NCBI GenBank assembly: GCA_963716725.1
Contig: CAVQUB010000007.1
Coordinates: 160,001-224,000, forward strand
Reading direction: 5' to 3'
DNA: 64,000 nucleotides
Origin: an uncultured delta proteobacterium
GTDB taxonomy: Bacteria; Myxococcota_A; Polyangia; Polyangiales; Polyangiaceae
Shown: positions 19,837 through 29,797 of the stretch, one piece after another
How positions within the stretch are numbered: position 1 is the stretch's first letter
Layout: each line of letters starts with the position of its first letter
Program-made: the position numbers and the translations under genes
The notes under the pieces: model-generated
The model's input: the letters and a program-made list of their open reading frames with translations, nothing else
Database searches by the model: none
Told to the model about the DNA's origin: nothing

Positions 19837-21825
19837 ATGGCGCGTCGCTCGGCGATGGTACCCGCGGTGATCGGGCTCGCGGTCGGGCTCACCGGCTGCG
19901 GGGGTGACTCCGAATCGACGGATTCAGCGTCGGTGGTAGTGGTCTACGGCGATCCGGCGAAGACCGAGCTCACGCTCTTCCCGTCGGATCGCTACACGGT
20001 CGACGACGAGGCGACTCCGAGCGGGCTGCGCGTGGACCTCGGCGCCCACAACACCATCGATCAGGTGCTGGCGACGTCCCCGATTTCCCTCGCGCAGCTC
20101 AACGAACTCGACGGGTTTTCCACCACCGGGGGCGTCGGGGTGAGGCTGTCCGGTCCCATCGATCCCCGCGGGCTCGTGCAGATGCCCGAGGCGGATCCAC
20201 CGGTGCTCGACCCTCTGAAGGACGCCAGCGACTACGCCTTGGTGGGCACGCCGATGTTCTTGGTCGAGCTCGAGAGCGGCGTGGCCATCGGCATCGTGCC
20301 GCGCTACTTCGAGCAGCCCAAAGACCTCGATTTCCCCGCGGACGATTTCGCGCTCCTGGCTGAGCCTGCCGTGCCGCTCTTGCCCGGCAAGCGCTACTTG
20401 TTCGCCGTCACCGACGAGCTCCGGGCCAAAGACGGCACGCGCGTCGGTCGCTCGAGCGCCATGAGCCGCGCGCTGGGCAGCTCCGGCGCTGCCTACGACG
20501 TCGACCTGCGGGCGGCCCTCGACCTGGCCGCGCCGGTGGTGGGAACGAGCGCGAAGCACGTGGTTGCCGCCACTCTCTTCACCACGGCCAGCGTGCAAGA
20601 CGGGCTGGTCGCTGCCGCCAAGGCGCGGCGCGCGGCAGCGCCGCCGAAGCAAGTCACGTCGTGGAGCATCGAGACCGCGTCGACGGCGATGGACCAGCGC
20701 GTGCGATTCAAGGCCAGCTTCGAAGCGCCGGAGTTCCGAAAGGCCAAGCCCGACGGCAAGTGGCAGATCGCCGCGTCCGGCGCGCCCGTGGCGCAGAAGA
20801 GCGTGAACTTGGAGGCGTTTCTGTCGTTTTCCAAGTCGACGGAGAGCGGACCGCGTCCGGTGGTGATCTACCAACACGGTCTCGGCGGTGACAAAGACGG
20901 TGGTTGGGGCACCACCGAGCGACTCGCGCCCATCGCTCCGCACGGAGTCGCGGTGCTTGCCATCGACTCCCCGGAGCACGGGTCGCGGGGAAACGGCAGC
21001 GCGTCGGTGGTCTCGAGCGCCTTCACTTTCTTCGGGGTCGAACCAGGATCGCTCGAGTTCGACATCGGCCGCGCGCGGGACAACTTTCGACAGATGGCCA
21101 TCGATCAACTCGAGTTGGTGCGTTTCATCGGCACCTTGGGTTCGCTCGATCTCCTGCCCCTGGACGCGAGCGGCAACCCGGCGCCGGACGGCAAGCCCGA
21201 TCTCGACGTGTCACGCATCCTCTACATCGGGCATTCGTTCGGCAGCGTGCAGGGCGCCAGCGTGTTCGCCCTGGCGCCGGAGATCACGATGGCCACCTGG
21301 AACGTGGGCGGTGCCGGCTTGATGATGCTGCTCCGCGACTCGCCGCTGTTCAGCCTCGGCGTAGTCAAATCTCTGGCGCCGCCGGCCACGCCCTGGGGAG
21401 CCGTGGCGCGCTTCATGGCATTCACGCAGGCTATCGTGGACCCGGGCGATCCGCTGAACTTCGCGCGCCACGCGGCGCAGGCGCCGCTGGACGGCGTGCC
21501 GGGTTGGACGGCCCGCGACGTGCTGATCCAAGAGGTGGTCAACGACTCCATCGTGCCGAACTCGACCAGTGAAGCCTTGGCCCGCGCCGTGGGCGCCGGG
21601 CTCATGCACCGAGTCACGAACGCGTCCGGACTCACGGATCTGGGAGCAACAGCCACCGCGAACGCCAGCGGGGCCACGGCGGTGCTGTGTCAGTTCGACC
21701 AGGTCGGCGGCAAGGCCGCCGAGCACGGCGGGCTGATCTTCACGACCGAGGCCATCGACCAGTACGTCGAGTTCTTCAAGACCGGTCTTTCGAGCAGCCA
21801 CGGGACCGTGAAGTCCCCCTACTGA
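19837..21825 (+). CDS. Lipoprotein lipase/esterase (Ig-like N-terminal domain plus alpha/beta hydrolase, Pla-1/Cef-like)
   Basis: Lipobox LTGC, LNELDGFST, VIYQHGLGG, AIDSPEHGSR, ARDNFRQ, YIGHSFG nucleophile elbow, DSIVPN, EHG. Confidence 0.8.
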   Translation: MARRSAMVPAVIGLAVGLTGCGGDSESTDSASVVVVYGDPAKTELTLFPSDRYTVDDEATPSGLRVDLGAHNTIDQVLATSPISLAQLNELDGFSTTGGVGVRLSGPIDPRGLVQMPEADPPVLDPLKDASDYALVGTPMFLVELESGVAIGIVPRYFEQPKDLDFPADDFALLAEPAVPLLPGKRYLFAVTDELRAKDGTRVGRSSAMSRALGSSGAAYDVDLRAALDLAAPVVGTSAKHVVAATLFTTASVQDGLVAAAKARRAAAPPKQVTSWSIETASTAMDQRVRFKASFEAPEFRKAKPDGKWQIAASGAPVAQKSVNLEAFLSFSKSTESGPRPVVIYQHGLGGDKDGGWGTTERLAPIAPHGVAVLAIDSPEHGSRGNGSASVVSSAFTFFGVEPGSLEFDIGRARDNFRQMAIDQLELVRFIGTLGSLDLLPLDASGNPAPDGKPDLDVSRILYIGHSFGSVQGASVFALAPEITMATWNVGGAGLMMLLRDSPLFSLGVVKSLAPPATPWGAVARFMAFTQAIVDPGDPLNFARHAAQAPLDGVPGWTARDVLIQEVVNDSIVPNSTSEALARAVGAGLMHRVTNASGLTDLGATATANASGATAVLCQFDQVGGKAAEHGGLIFTTEAIDQYVEFFKTGLSSSHGTVKSPY

Positions 21826-21834
21826 GCGGTGCGC

Positions 21835-23433
21835 ATGCCCAAGCGAAGTTTCTGGGGTTGGGGGAACGAAGGCGTGGGGCCCGACCCCGCGATGCTCTCC
21901 GCGGTGGAGGGCGCCCTGCCTTCGCTCTTGGATCTGCCCGCGCTCAGCCCGCGGCCGGCGCCGCGCCTCGAGGACGTCGACCTGCGCGCTCCTCGCGTGC
22001 AACCGAGCCCGGCCATTTTGCGCCTCTTGTCGAATGATCGCTACGACCGCGCCTGCCACTCTTATGGCAAGAGCTACCGGGATCTGGTGCGGGCCTTCGC
22101 GGGACACTTCGACAACCCGCCCGACTTCGTGGCGTACCCGGAGAACGAAGCGGACGTCGCGGCGCTCCTGGATTTCTGCGGCGCCAGCCAGGTCGCCGCG
22201 GTGATCTTCGGGGGCGGCTCCAGCGTCTGCGGCGGCGTCGAGCTCTCGAGCCACCCGCGCTATCGCGGGTCCATCAGCATCGATCTCGGGCGCATGAACC
22301 GCGTGCTCGAGATCGACCACCTGTCGCGGGCAGCGCGCATTCAGGCGGGCATGCTCGGTCCCGATCTCGAAAGCGGCCTGCGCAGCCACGGCCTGACGCT
22401 CCGGCACTACCCCCAGTCATTCGAGTTCTCGACCCTCGGGGGGTGGATCGCCACGCGTTCGGCCGGGCACTTTGCCACAGGGCCGACGCACATCGACGAA
22501 CTGGTCGAGGCGGTCCGGGTGGTCACGCCGAGCGGAGTCATCGAGACGAGACGCTTGCCCGGCGACGGCGCGGGGCCGAGCCCCGAGCGACTGTTCATCG
22601 GCTCCGAGGGCGCCTTCGGTGTCATCACGGAGGCCTGGGTCCGCATCTTCGAACGCCCGCGGTTCCGGGCGAAAGCGAGCGTTCGGTTTCCGGACTTCGC
22701 GAGCGGTCTCCGAGCGGTCCGCGCCCTCGCGCAGTCGGGGCTGACGCCCTCCAACTGCCGGCTACTCGATCCGCTCGAGGCGATGATGAACGGCGCGGCG
22801 GGCGGGGACGCTGCCGTGTTGATGTTGGCATTCGAGTCCGCGGATCACGCCCTTGATGCCTGGATGGCGCGCGCCGCGGAGCTCTGCCGGGATCACGCTG
22901 GATCGGTGCCAGACAAAGCTCTGCACACGCGCCACGAGGACGCATCGACCCGAGACGCCGCGGAAGGCGCCTGGCGTGATGCGTTCTTGCGGGCGCCCTA
23001 CCTGCGCGACGCGCTGGTCGCACGTGGGATCTTCGTCGAAACTTTCGAGACCGCCGTCACCTGGGACAAATTCGACGCGCTGCACGCTCGGGTCGTGCAG
23101 GCTGCGCGGGACGCGGCCGAGACCAAGGCCTTGGTGAGTTGCCGGATCACGCACGCCTACCCCGACGGCGCCGCACCATACTTCACCGTCGTCGCGCCGG
23201 CGCGAGCGGACGCGGAGCTTTCGCAGTGGCTGGCCGTCAAGACCGCGATCACCGACGCCATGCTGGCCGAGGGCGGGACCACCACTCACCACCATGCGGT
23301 GGGGCGGGACTTTCGCCCTTGGTACGAGCAACAAGTTCCGACGCTTCTGCGGTCGAGCCTCGAAGCGGTCAAACGCCAGCTGGATCCGTCGTCGATCTTG
23401 AACCCTGGCGTGTTGCTTCCAGAAGCCGACTGA
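21835..23433 (+). CDS. FAD-binding oxidoreductase, alkyl-dihydroxyacetonephosphate synthase-like
   Basis: FWGWG, FGGGSSVCGG, HYPQSFEFSTLGGWIATRSAG, GSEGAFGVIT, THAYPDGAAPYF, THHHAVG, LDPSSILNPG. Confidence 0.85.
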   Translation: MPKRSFWGWGNEGVGPDPAMLSAVEGALPSLLDLPALSPRPAPRLEDVDLRAPRVQPSPAILRLLSNDRYDRACHSYGKSYRDLVRAFAGHFDNPPDFVAYPENEADVAALLDFCGASQVAAVIFGGGSSVCGGVELSSHPRYRGSISIDLGRMNRVLEIDHLSRAARIQAGMLGPDLESGLRSHGLTLRHYPQSFEFSTLGGWIATRSAGHFATGPTHIDELVEAVRVVTPSGVIETRRLPGDGAGPSPERLFIGSEGAFGVITEAWVRIFERPRFRAKASVRFPDFASGLRAVRALAQSGLTPSNCRLLDPLEAMMNGAAGGDAAVLMLAFESADHALDAWMARAAELCRDHAGSVPDKALHTRHEDASTRDAAEGAWRDAFLRAPYLRDALVARGIFVETFETAVTWDKFDALHARVVQAARDAAETKALVSCRITHAYPDGAAPYFTVVAPARADAELSQWLAVKTAITDAMLAEGGTTTHHHAVGRDFRPWYEQQVPTLLRSSLEAVKRQLDPSSILNPGVLLPEAD

Positions 23434-23467
23434 CGTTTGTGTCGAGGGGCACTAAGCTCCGGGCGCC

Positions 23468-23830
23468 GTGAAAGTCCGTCTGGTTCGAGAGTACCGTTTT
23501 GAAGCCGCGCACCGCTTGCCCCACGTCCCCGAAGGACACAAGTGCCAGCGACTGCACGGCCACAGCTTCAAGATCGATCTCGCCGTCGCTGGTCCCGTGA
23601 ACGACGTGACCGGGTGGTTCATCGACTTCGGTGATCTCGACGAAATCTGGGCGCCGCTCCACGATACGCTCGATCATCGATACTTGAACGAGATCCCCGG
23701 CCTCGAAAATCCGACCAGCGAAGTCCTGGCGCGCTGGCTGTGGGAGCGCATTCGGGCGCGGTTGCCGGAGCTCGTACGTGTCACCGTCTACGAGACTTGT
23801 GACGCGCGCTGCGAATACGAAGGCGAGTGA
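23468..23830 (+). CDS. queD: 6-carboxy-5,6,7,8-tetrahydropterin synthase
   Basis: FEAAHRLP, KCQRLHGHSF, LDHRYLNEIPGLENPTSE, VYET. Confidence 0.95.
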   Translation: MKVRLVREYRFEAAHRLPHVPEGHKCQRLHGHSFKIDLAVAGPVNDVTGWFIDFGDLDEIWAPLHDTLDHRYLNEIPGLENPTSEVLARWLWERIRARLPELVRVTVYETCDARCEYEGE

Positions 23831-23833
23831 CCA

Positions 23834-24118
23834 TCAGCCTTCAGGGTCACCTTCGTATCCCCACTCGGGATCGATCCCCGCGAGGTCCGCCAGTCTTGCC
23901 GGATGATAGGGTGGCCGTGGAGTGAAGCCCGTGCTGGGATCACACCCTCGCTCCGCGAGCAATTTGCCGGTCAAGGCCATGCACCACTTGCCCTGGCACC
24001 ACCCCGTGCCGAAGCCGGTGTAGCGCTTCACTGACTCGATGTCCCTGTGTCCGATCGAGATGGCGTGCTCGAGTTCGTGCAAAGTCACGTCTTCGCAGCG
24101 ACATACCAGCGTCTTCAC
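23834..24118 (-). CDS. BFD-like (2Fe-2S)-binding protein
   Basis: VCRCEDVT...KRYTGFGTGWCQGKWC...FTPRPP, the motif found at the C-terminus of sarcosine/opine oxidase and HcnB-type subunits. Confidence 0.85.
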   Translation of the reverse strand: MKTLVCRCEDVTLHELEHAISIGHRDIESVKRYTGFGTGWCQGKWCMALTGKLLAERGCDPSTGFTPRPPYHPARLADLAGIDPEWGYEGDPEG

Positions 24119-24213
24119 GGGTCCCAGGCTAGCCCCGCGTGGGGGTCGCAGCTATGCTTTCCGGGCGCGCACCGCTGAATCTCGATCCGGGCGCACGCTA
24201 CGAAGGAGAACCC

Positions 24214-25155
24214 ATGCGCTCCCGATCGCTCGCGATTTCGCTGTTGGCTTTTGGTGCAATCGCCGTCGCCTGCGGCGGCAGCAACGATGACGCGGGCCTC
24301 TTCGGGGGAACGGGGGGCCAGGCGAACACGGGAGGCAGCGGAAACGCCAGCGGCAGCGGGGGCGCGGTCGGTGGCGCCAGCGGCGCGAACAGCGGGGGCT
24401 CGGGCAACACCGGCGGCGCCGGCGGCAGCGGCAACACCGGCGGCGCCGGCGGCAGCGGCAACACCGGCGGCATCGGCGGCAGCGGCAACACCGGCGGCGC
24501 CGGCGGCAGCGGCAACACCGGCGGCATCGGCGGCAGCGGCAACACCGGCGGCATCGGCGGGTTTCCGACGGGCGGCGGGGGTGGCATCGGCGGATTTCCG
24601 ACGGGCGGCGGGGGTGGCATCGGCGGATTTCCGATGGGCGGCACCGGCGGCATCGGCGGATTTCCGACGGGAGGCATCGGCGGATTTCCGATGGGCGGCA
24701 CCGGCGGCATCGGCGGGTTTCCGACGGGCGGCGGGGGTGGCATCGGCGGATTTCCGACGGGCGGCGGGGGTGGCATCGGTGGCAGCGGCGGCACGACCGG
24801 TGGCGGATCCATCGCCTGCGGCGTTGATAACTGCGACGCGGCGAAGGAATACTGCTGTCAGTATTTCCAGGGCGGAAGCAGCTACAACGCCTCGTGCACC
24901 GCCAGCTCGGCGTCGTGTTACGGCACCGACGTCAAATGTGACGGCCCCGAAGACTGCGGGTCCGGTCAGACCTGTTGCGGCACCCTGGTGCAAGATGGCG
25001 GGACTTCGTATTACACGGACTTCAGCTGCAAGAAGTCGTGCAACTACACTGGTGCGCGGATCATCTGCGGCAATTCCCCTGGAGTCTGTCCGAACGGCAC
25101 CACCTGCAAGGCGAGCTCCATCCTGCCGCAGTACAAATTCTGTTCGTCGAGCTGA
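24214..25155 (+). CDS. Lipoprotein with Gly-rich repeat linker and Cys-rich C-terminal domain
   Basis: AAGGAG RBS, lipobox IAVAC, GG(A/I)GGSGNT and GGIGGFP(T/M) repeats, and a Cys-rich domain containing CDGPEDC...CCG. Confidence 0.8.
   Translation: MRSRSLAISLLAFGAIAVACGGSNDDAGLFGGTGGQANTGGSGNASGSGGAVGGASGANSGGSGNTGGAGGSGNTGGAGGSGNTGGIGGSGNTGGAGGSGNTGGIGGSGNTGGIGGFPTGGGGGIGGFPTGGGGGIGGFPMGGTGGIGGFPTGGIGGFPMGGTGGIGGFPTGGGGGIGGFPTGGGGGIGGSGGTTGGGSIACGVDNCDAAKEYCCQYFQGGSSYNASCTASSASCYGTDVKCDGPEDCGSGQTCCGTLVQDGGTSYYTDFSCKKSCNYTGARIICGNSPGVCPNGTTCKASSILPQYKFCSSS
24397..24790 (+). repeat. Coding tandem repeats: 27-nt GG(A/I)GGSGNT units followed by mostly 33-nt GGIGGFP(T/M)GGG units
   Basis: Visible repeats of ggcggcagcggcaacacc and ggcatcggcggatttccga. 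Boundaries approximate. Confidence 0.85.
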
Positions 25156-25161
25156 GCGCGG

Positions 25162-25836
25162 TCACTCCGCCGTGGCCAGGTCGGCGCACAAGCTAGCGTG
25201 CTCGCCGATCGCGCGTCCGCGCTGGAACCCGATCTCGCAGGCGTAGGGATCTTTCAAGCTCTCGGCGAATCCAACCGGGATCGAACCGTCCCAGGAGCGC
25301 GCTCCATCGACGCGTGCGCGAACCACGCCCTTCGGATCGATAAACCAAGTCTCGGGGTACAACTTGGTTCCGAAGCTGTCTCCCACCACCTTCGCGTCCT
25401 CGTCGATCAAGACCACGAAGGGCGGAGTGTCGGTGCCCAGAACGCTCTTGAGCGTCCCCCGTACGTCCTCGGCGCTGTCGTCGGTCGAGATGGTGACCAG
25501 CGCGATGTCCTGGTGGGTGTTGACGATCTTTCCGAGCTCGGCCAGGGACGGCATCTCTTCGAGGCAGGGGCGGCAGGTCTTCGTCCAGAAATTGAGGATC
25601 ACCACCTTGCCGCGGAAGCTCGACAGGCGAACCTTCTCGCCGGTGAGGGAGGGCAGTTCGAAGTCCGGGGCCAGGCGGTTGCGGCCGGCGTAGCTGGGGC
25701 CGAGGGCGCAGAGTGAGGTGCAGACCCTGCGCGCCTCGCCGTCCCGTGCCGTGCGCGCGAACGAATAAACGCCGAACGCGGCCATCGCCACCACGACGAG
25801 CTGGGCCAGCTGAGCCGGTTTCACCGGGGGCTTCAT
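25162..25836 (-). CDS. TlpA/ResA-family thiol-disulfide oxidoreductase
   Basis: N-terminal TM anchor, APDFELP, GKVVILNFWTKTCRPCLEEMPSL, YPETWFIDPKG. Confidence 0.92.
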   Translation of the reverse strand: MKPPVKPAQLAQLVVVAMAAFGVYSFARTARDGEARRVCTSLCALGPSYAGRNRLAPDFELPSLTGEKVRLSSFRGKVVILNFWTKTCRPCLEEMPSLAELGKIVNTHQDIALVTISTDDSAEDVRGTLKSVLGTDTPPFVVLIDEDAKVVGDSFGTKLYPETWFIDPKGVVRARVDGARSWDGSIPVGFAESLKDPYACEIGFQRGRAIGEHASLCADLATAE

Positions 25837-25918
25837 AGTCCAGTGGCCCCCGAGGAGCCATGCCCCCGTCCACCTTGGTGCTGAACCGCATCCCCGACAA
25901 AGGGGGTAGAATCCCCCC

Positions 25919-27745
25919 GTGGCGCCCGATTCCGACCTCAGCCCAAAGCTTTCTGCGGCGGTGGACGAGGCGGGCCTGGGCCTGGTGGTCACCTCTGGCA
26001 CCGCCCCATCCACGCACGTCTACGTCAGCGCCGGTGCCGCGAGCCTACTGGGCTACGCAAGAGCCGATCTCGAGCGGTTGGACAGCGCGCGCTACCTGCC
26101 CGCCGGCGTGATCAGCGATACCTTCGACGGGTTCCGGGACGTCGCGCTCATCAAGCGCGACGGTTCTCCCTTGCGTGTGCGTCTCGCCAAGCTGCGTTCC
26201 GATGGCCAAGACGTGTTTGTGTTCCGGGGCCTACCCGCCGCTTCGGGCACGGGGACGCGTGCGGACTTCCAGCGGCTCCTGGATGCTGCCCCTGACGGCT
26301 TGGCTGTGATCGGACGGCTTGGGCTCATCTACGCGAATCCGGCGCTGCTGCGCTGGGTCGGCTTTGACGACGTGTCCGCACTGGCGAGCGCTCGCGCCAC
26401 CGAGATCGTTCACACCGACGACGTGCCGAAGGCCGCCCGGGCACTCGGAGCGTTGCTGGACGCGCCCGGCAACCGCGCCGTGCTGCGCATCCGCGCGCGC
26501 CGGACCGGCGGAGGACTGTTCGAGGCGGAGTGTGTCGGCCACGGTATCGAATGGGAGGGTCAGCGCGCGTGCCTGGTCGTCGCCCGGGATCTCTCGCAGC
26601 GTCAGCTCGATCAGTCCCGCCTCATCGTGGCCGATCGCAGCGCTTCGGTCGGGACCATGTCGGCGGGCGTGGCTCACGAGATCAACAATCCGTTGGCATA
26701 TTTGCTGCTGAATCTCGAGTATCTGATCCGCGAAGTTCCAGTTGCTGGAGATGATCGCGCGCGCCTGAACCTGCTCGCCGAACGGGTTCACGAGTCACGC
26801 CACGGCGCCGAACGGGTCGGGCACATTCTCCGAGAGTTGGGCTCGCTCTCGTCTCGGCGACGCACTCAGCGCTACGGAGTGGACCTGGGCGAGGTCATGG
26901 GCCGCGCGCTGCAAGCCGTCCACGCCGAGATCTCGCCACGAGCGAGCATCGTGGTCGAAAACGAGAACGTTCCGCAGGTGGACGCCGACCCGAACAGCCT
27001 GGAGCAACTCTTCGTCAACATCCTGTCGAACGCGGGCCAGGCCTTTCAGACAGACTGCCCCGGCGACAATCGGATCCTGATTCGCCTCTCATCCCGCGAA
27101 GACGGCAGCGCGCTGGTCGAGGTGAGCGACAACGGCAAGGGCATCGCGCCAGCGCATCTGAACCGGATCTTCGATCCCTTCTTCACCACCAAGCCTACAG
27201 GGACCGGCCTCGGACTTCCCATCTCGCATGCCATCGTGCAGTCCTTTGGCGGGCAGATTTCGGCGCAGAGCCAACTCGGACACGGCACCACGTTTTGCAT
27301 CGTGTTTCCTCCGGGCACAGCCCCGAAACACGAGTCGGCACGGACCTCCAGCCTGCCCGCGCCCAGCGGTCGCCGAGCGCGAGTGTTGGTGGTGGACGAT
27401 GACGCGTTGGTGGCCGAGACCGTCAGTCGAGCGCTCTCGGAGAGCTACGACGTGTCCGTCGCGACCAGCGCGCGGAGCGCGCTCACCGAGCTGGAAGGGG
27501 ACGCCCGCTTCGACGTCATCCTGTGCGACCTCCTGATGCCGGATATGTCGGGCATGGACCTGTATCAGGCGCTGGCTGATCGCCAACCGGGGCTCGAGGC
27601 GCGCGTGGTCTTCATGACCGGTGGCGCGTTCACGCAGCGCGCGCGTGACTTTTTGGCTCGGGTGAACAATCCCCGCCTCGAGAAGCCCTTCGAGCTCGAC
27701 CACTTGCACGAGATCGTCGCCCAGCGCCTGACGCAGTACGGATGA
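25919..27745 (+). CDS. Hybrid sensor histidine kinase (PAS-HisKA-HATPase-REC)
   Basis: AGVAHEINNPL H-box, QLFVNILSNA, DNGKGI, FDPFFTTK, GTGLGL, and receiver motifs VLVVDDD...ILCDLLMPDMSG...EKPF. Confidence 0.93.
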   Translation: MAPDSDLSPKLSAAVDEAGLGLVVTSGTAPSTHVYVSAGAASLLGYARADLERLDSARYLPAGVISDTFDGFRDVALIKRDGSPLRVRLAKLRSDGQDVFVFRGLPAASGTGTRADFQRLLDAAPDGLAVIGRLGLIYANPALLRWVGFDDVSALASARATEIVHTDDVPKAARALGALLDAPGNRAVLRIRARRTGGGLFEAECVGHGIEWEGQRACLVVARDLSQRQLDQSRLIVADRSASVGTMSAGVAHEINNPLAYLLLNLEYLIREVPVAGDDRARLNLLAERVHESRHGAERVGHILRELGSLSSRRRTQRYGVDLGEVMGRALQAVHAEISPRASIVVENENVPQVDADPNSLEQLFVNILSNAGQAFQTDCPGDNRILIRLSSREDGSALVEVSDNGKGIAPAHLNRIFDPFFTTKPTGTGLGLPISHAIVQSFGGQISAQSQLGHGTTFCIVFPPGTAPKHESARTSSLPAPSGRRARVLVVDDDALVAETVSRALSESYDVSVATSARSALTELEGDARFDVILCDLLMPDMSGMDLYQALADRQPGLEARVVFMTGGAFTQRARDFLARVNNPRLEKPFELDHLHEIVAQRLTQYG

Positions 27746-27805
27746 GTGGGGGGCGGAGCCAAGGAAGCGGACCTGGCCCGGGTTCCAAGCCATCGGAGGA
27801 GACAC

Positions 27806-28363
27806 ATGGCTCAGATCAACACGGGCTCGCGCGCAGCGTCCGGGCGGGCGACCAATCACGAATTGCCACTCGTGCCGTTCATCGACTTCCTGCTCTGTCT
27901 GGTGTCGTTCCTGCTGATTACGGCCGTCTGGTCCCAGATGGCGCGGGTCGACGTCTCGGCCAACGTGCCCGGCAAGCAGTGCGACGACGGCCCTTGCAAG
28001 GAAGACAAGCCCAAGCGCCTGCACGTCGAAATGAAGGACAAGAAGTTCGCCCTGGCCTGGAGGCAGGGCGAGACCGTCGTCGCGACGGCGGAGGTCGAGC
28101 GCAAACCCGTACGAACCGAGTCCGGTGATGTGCGCTTCCCGGACTTGGAAAAACGCGTCGCCGAAGAGTGGCGCACTCAGGGCGTGCACAAGAGCCCCAC
28201 CGACGACAAGAGCGACCAAGCCGTGTTGCACAGCCAGAACGAAACCGAGTTCGGCGAGTTGGTCGCGGTCATGGATGCGCTCCACGCGCAGCGGCGCGAG
28301 CGCCGCGTGGGCAATCTCACAGCGCAGGTTCCGGCCTTCGCCGTGACCTTCGCGGTGAACTGA
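27806..28363 (+). CDS. ExbD/TolR family protein (AglS/AglV-like)
   Basis: [34 protein letters not shown] helix with the conserved Asp, FGELVAVMD. Confidence 0.88.
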   Translation: MAQINTGSRAASGRATNHELPLVPFIDFLLCLVSFLLITAVWSQMARVDVSANVPGKQCDDGPCKEDKPKRLHVEMKDKKFALAWRQGETVVATAEVERKPVRTESGDVRFPDLEKRVAEEWRTQGVHKSPTDDKSDQAVLHSQNETEFGELVAVMDALHAQRRERRVGNLTAQVPAFAVTFAVN

Positions 28364-28407
28364 CCGCGGGACGACGGCGGTGGCGCGTGCTAGCGTCGCG
28401 CCCCTTC

Positions 28408-29244
28408 ATGACTCGTCTCGAAAAGCGCCTGCTCTCGCTGGTGGCCAAGGCGAGCTCGGACTTTAACCTGATCGAGCCGGACGACCGGGTCATGGTGGCG
28501 GTCAGCGGAGGCAAGGACTCGCACTCACTGCTCTACCTGCTGCGCGAAGTGCAGCGTCGTGCGCCCTTTTCGTTTTCGCTCATTGCCGTCAACCTCGACC
28601 AGGGGCAACCGGGCTTTCCCGGCCATGTGCTGCCGGAGTACTTCGCCCGCGAGGGCTACGAACACCGCATCGTCAGCGAAGACACGTACTCCGTCGTCCG
28701 CGAGAAGATCCCCGAGGGCAAGACCTACTGCTCGCTCTGTTCGCGACTCCGGCGCGGCGTTCTGTACAACGTGGCGGTTGAGTTGGGCGCCACCAAGATC
28801 GCTCTCGGGCACCACCGCGACGACGTGATCGAGACGTTGATCTTGAACCTGTTCTACTCGGGGCAGATGAAGGCGATGCCTCCGCGACTGCGCTCCGACG
28901 ACGGCAGAAATGTGGTCATCCGCCCGCTGATTTACTGCTCGGAGCCGGACATCGCCGCCTTCGCCCAAGAGCGGGAGTTTCCCATCATTCCCTGCGAGCT
29001 GTGCGGCTCCCAGGACAACCTGCAGCGCAAGCGGGTCAAAGAACTGCTCACGCGCTTGAACGACGAGAACCCCAATGTGCGGGCCAACGTCTTCGCAGCG
29101 CTCTCCAACGTGCGTCCGACGCATTTGCTCGATCCGGAGGTGCGCCGGCGCTTTGGCGTGGACGAAGCGCGAGAGTCCGACGGGAGCGCCGCCTCGCAGC
29201 ACGGCGCGCTCGTCCCGCTCGCGCTGGCCCGGCGCGCGGAGTGA
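28408..29244 (+). CDS. ttcA: tRNA 2-thiocytidine(32) synthetase
   Basis: PP-loop [45 protein letters not shown]. Confidence 0.95.
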   Translation: MTRLEKRLLSLVAKASSDFNLIEPDDRVMVAVSGGKDSHSLLYLLREVQRRAPFSFSLIAVNLDQGQPGFPGHVLPEYFAREGYEHRIVSEDTYSVVREKIPEGKTYCSLCSRLRRGVLYNVAVELGATKIALGHHRDDVIETLILNLFYSGQMKAMPPRLRSDDGRNVVIRPLIYCSEPDIAAFAQEREFPIIPCELCGSQDNLQRKRVKELLTRLNDENPNVRANVFAALSNVRPTHLLDPEVRRRFGVDEARESDGSAASQHGALVPLALARRAE

Positions 29245-29314
29245 GTGCGGGTCGCGACCGAGCCCCGTCTCGAGCAGGTCCCACAAACCGTCCTCCCCGG
29301 TGGTTCGACCAGCC

Positions 29315-29797
29315 TCAGTTCAGCTGCCGGAGCTTGCACAGCATCTGCGCGGCGGTGGGGTCGTCGGGCCGAAGCTCCGCCGCTCGCTCGAACTCCGCGA
29401 TGGCGCGGGTGGGCTTGCCCTGCGCCGCGTAGATACGCCCGAGGTTCAGGTGTGGGAAATGGCGAGGGTCGTAGCGCTTCGCTGCTTTCGCGCGCTCGAG
29501 CCATGGGATCGCTTCGTCGAGGCGCCCGAGCTCGATCAGATACGCACCGATGTCGTTGTAGGGGTTGCCGAAGTCCGGGTCGACGCCGATGGCGCGCTCG
29601 CACTCGGCGATCGCCGCGTCGACGTCCCCGCGCCAGCTCAACGCCCAGCCGAGGAAGGTGTGAGCCTCACCGGTGGGGCAGACTTCGATGGATTGGCGGT
29701 AACACTCGATGGCGTCGTCGAGGCGGCGGCGCATCTGGAGCGCGCAGCCTTGCTCCCAGAGTTCGACGGCTCGGGCGTGAGGGTTTGGGTCCGGCAT
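29315..29797 (-). CDS. Tetratricopeptide repeat protein
   Basis: Repeated TPR consensus (AHTFLGW, PYNDIGAYL, PHLNLGRIY). Confidence 0.85.
   Translation of the reverse strand: MPDPNPHARAVELWEQGCALQMRRRLDDAIECYRQSIEVCPTGEAHTFLGWALSWRGDVDAAIAECERAIGVDPDFGNPYNDIGAYLIELGRLDEAIPWLERAKAAKRYDPRHFPHLNLGRIYAAQGKPTRAIAEFERAAELRPDDPTAAQMLCKLRQLN

Noticed and set aside
23468..23830. queD as part of a 7-deazaguanine DNA-modification or defence cluster
   Set aside because: No dpdA, queC, queE or folE genes are nearby. It looks like a dispersed housekeeping gene.
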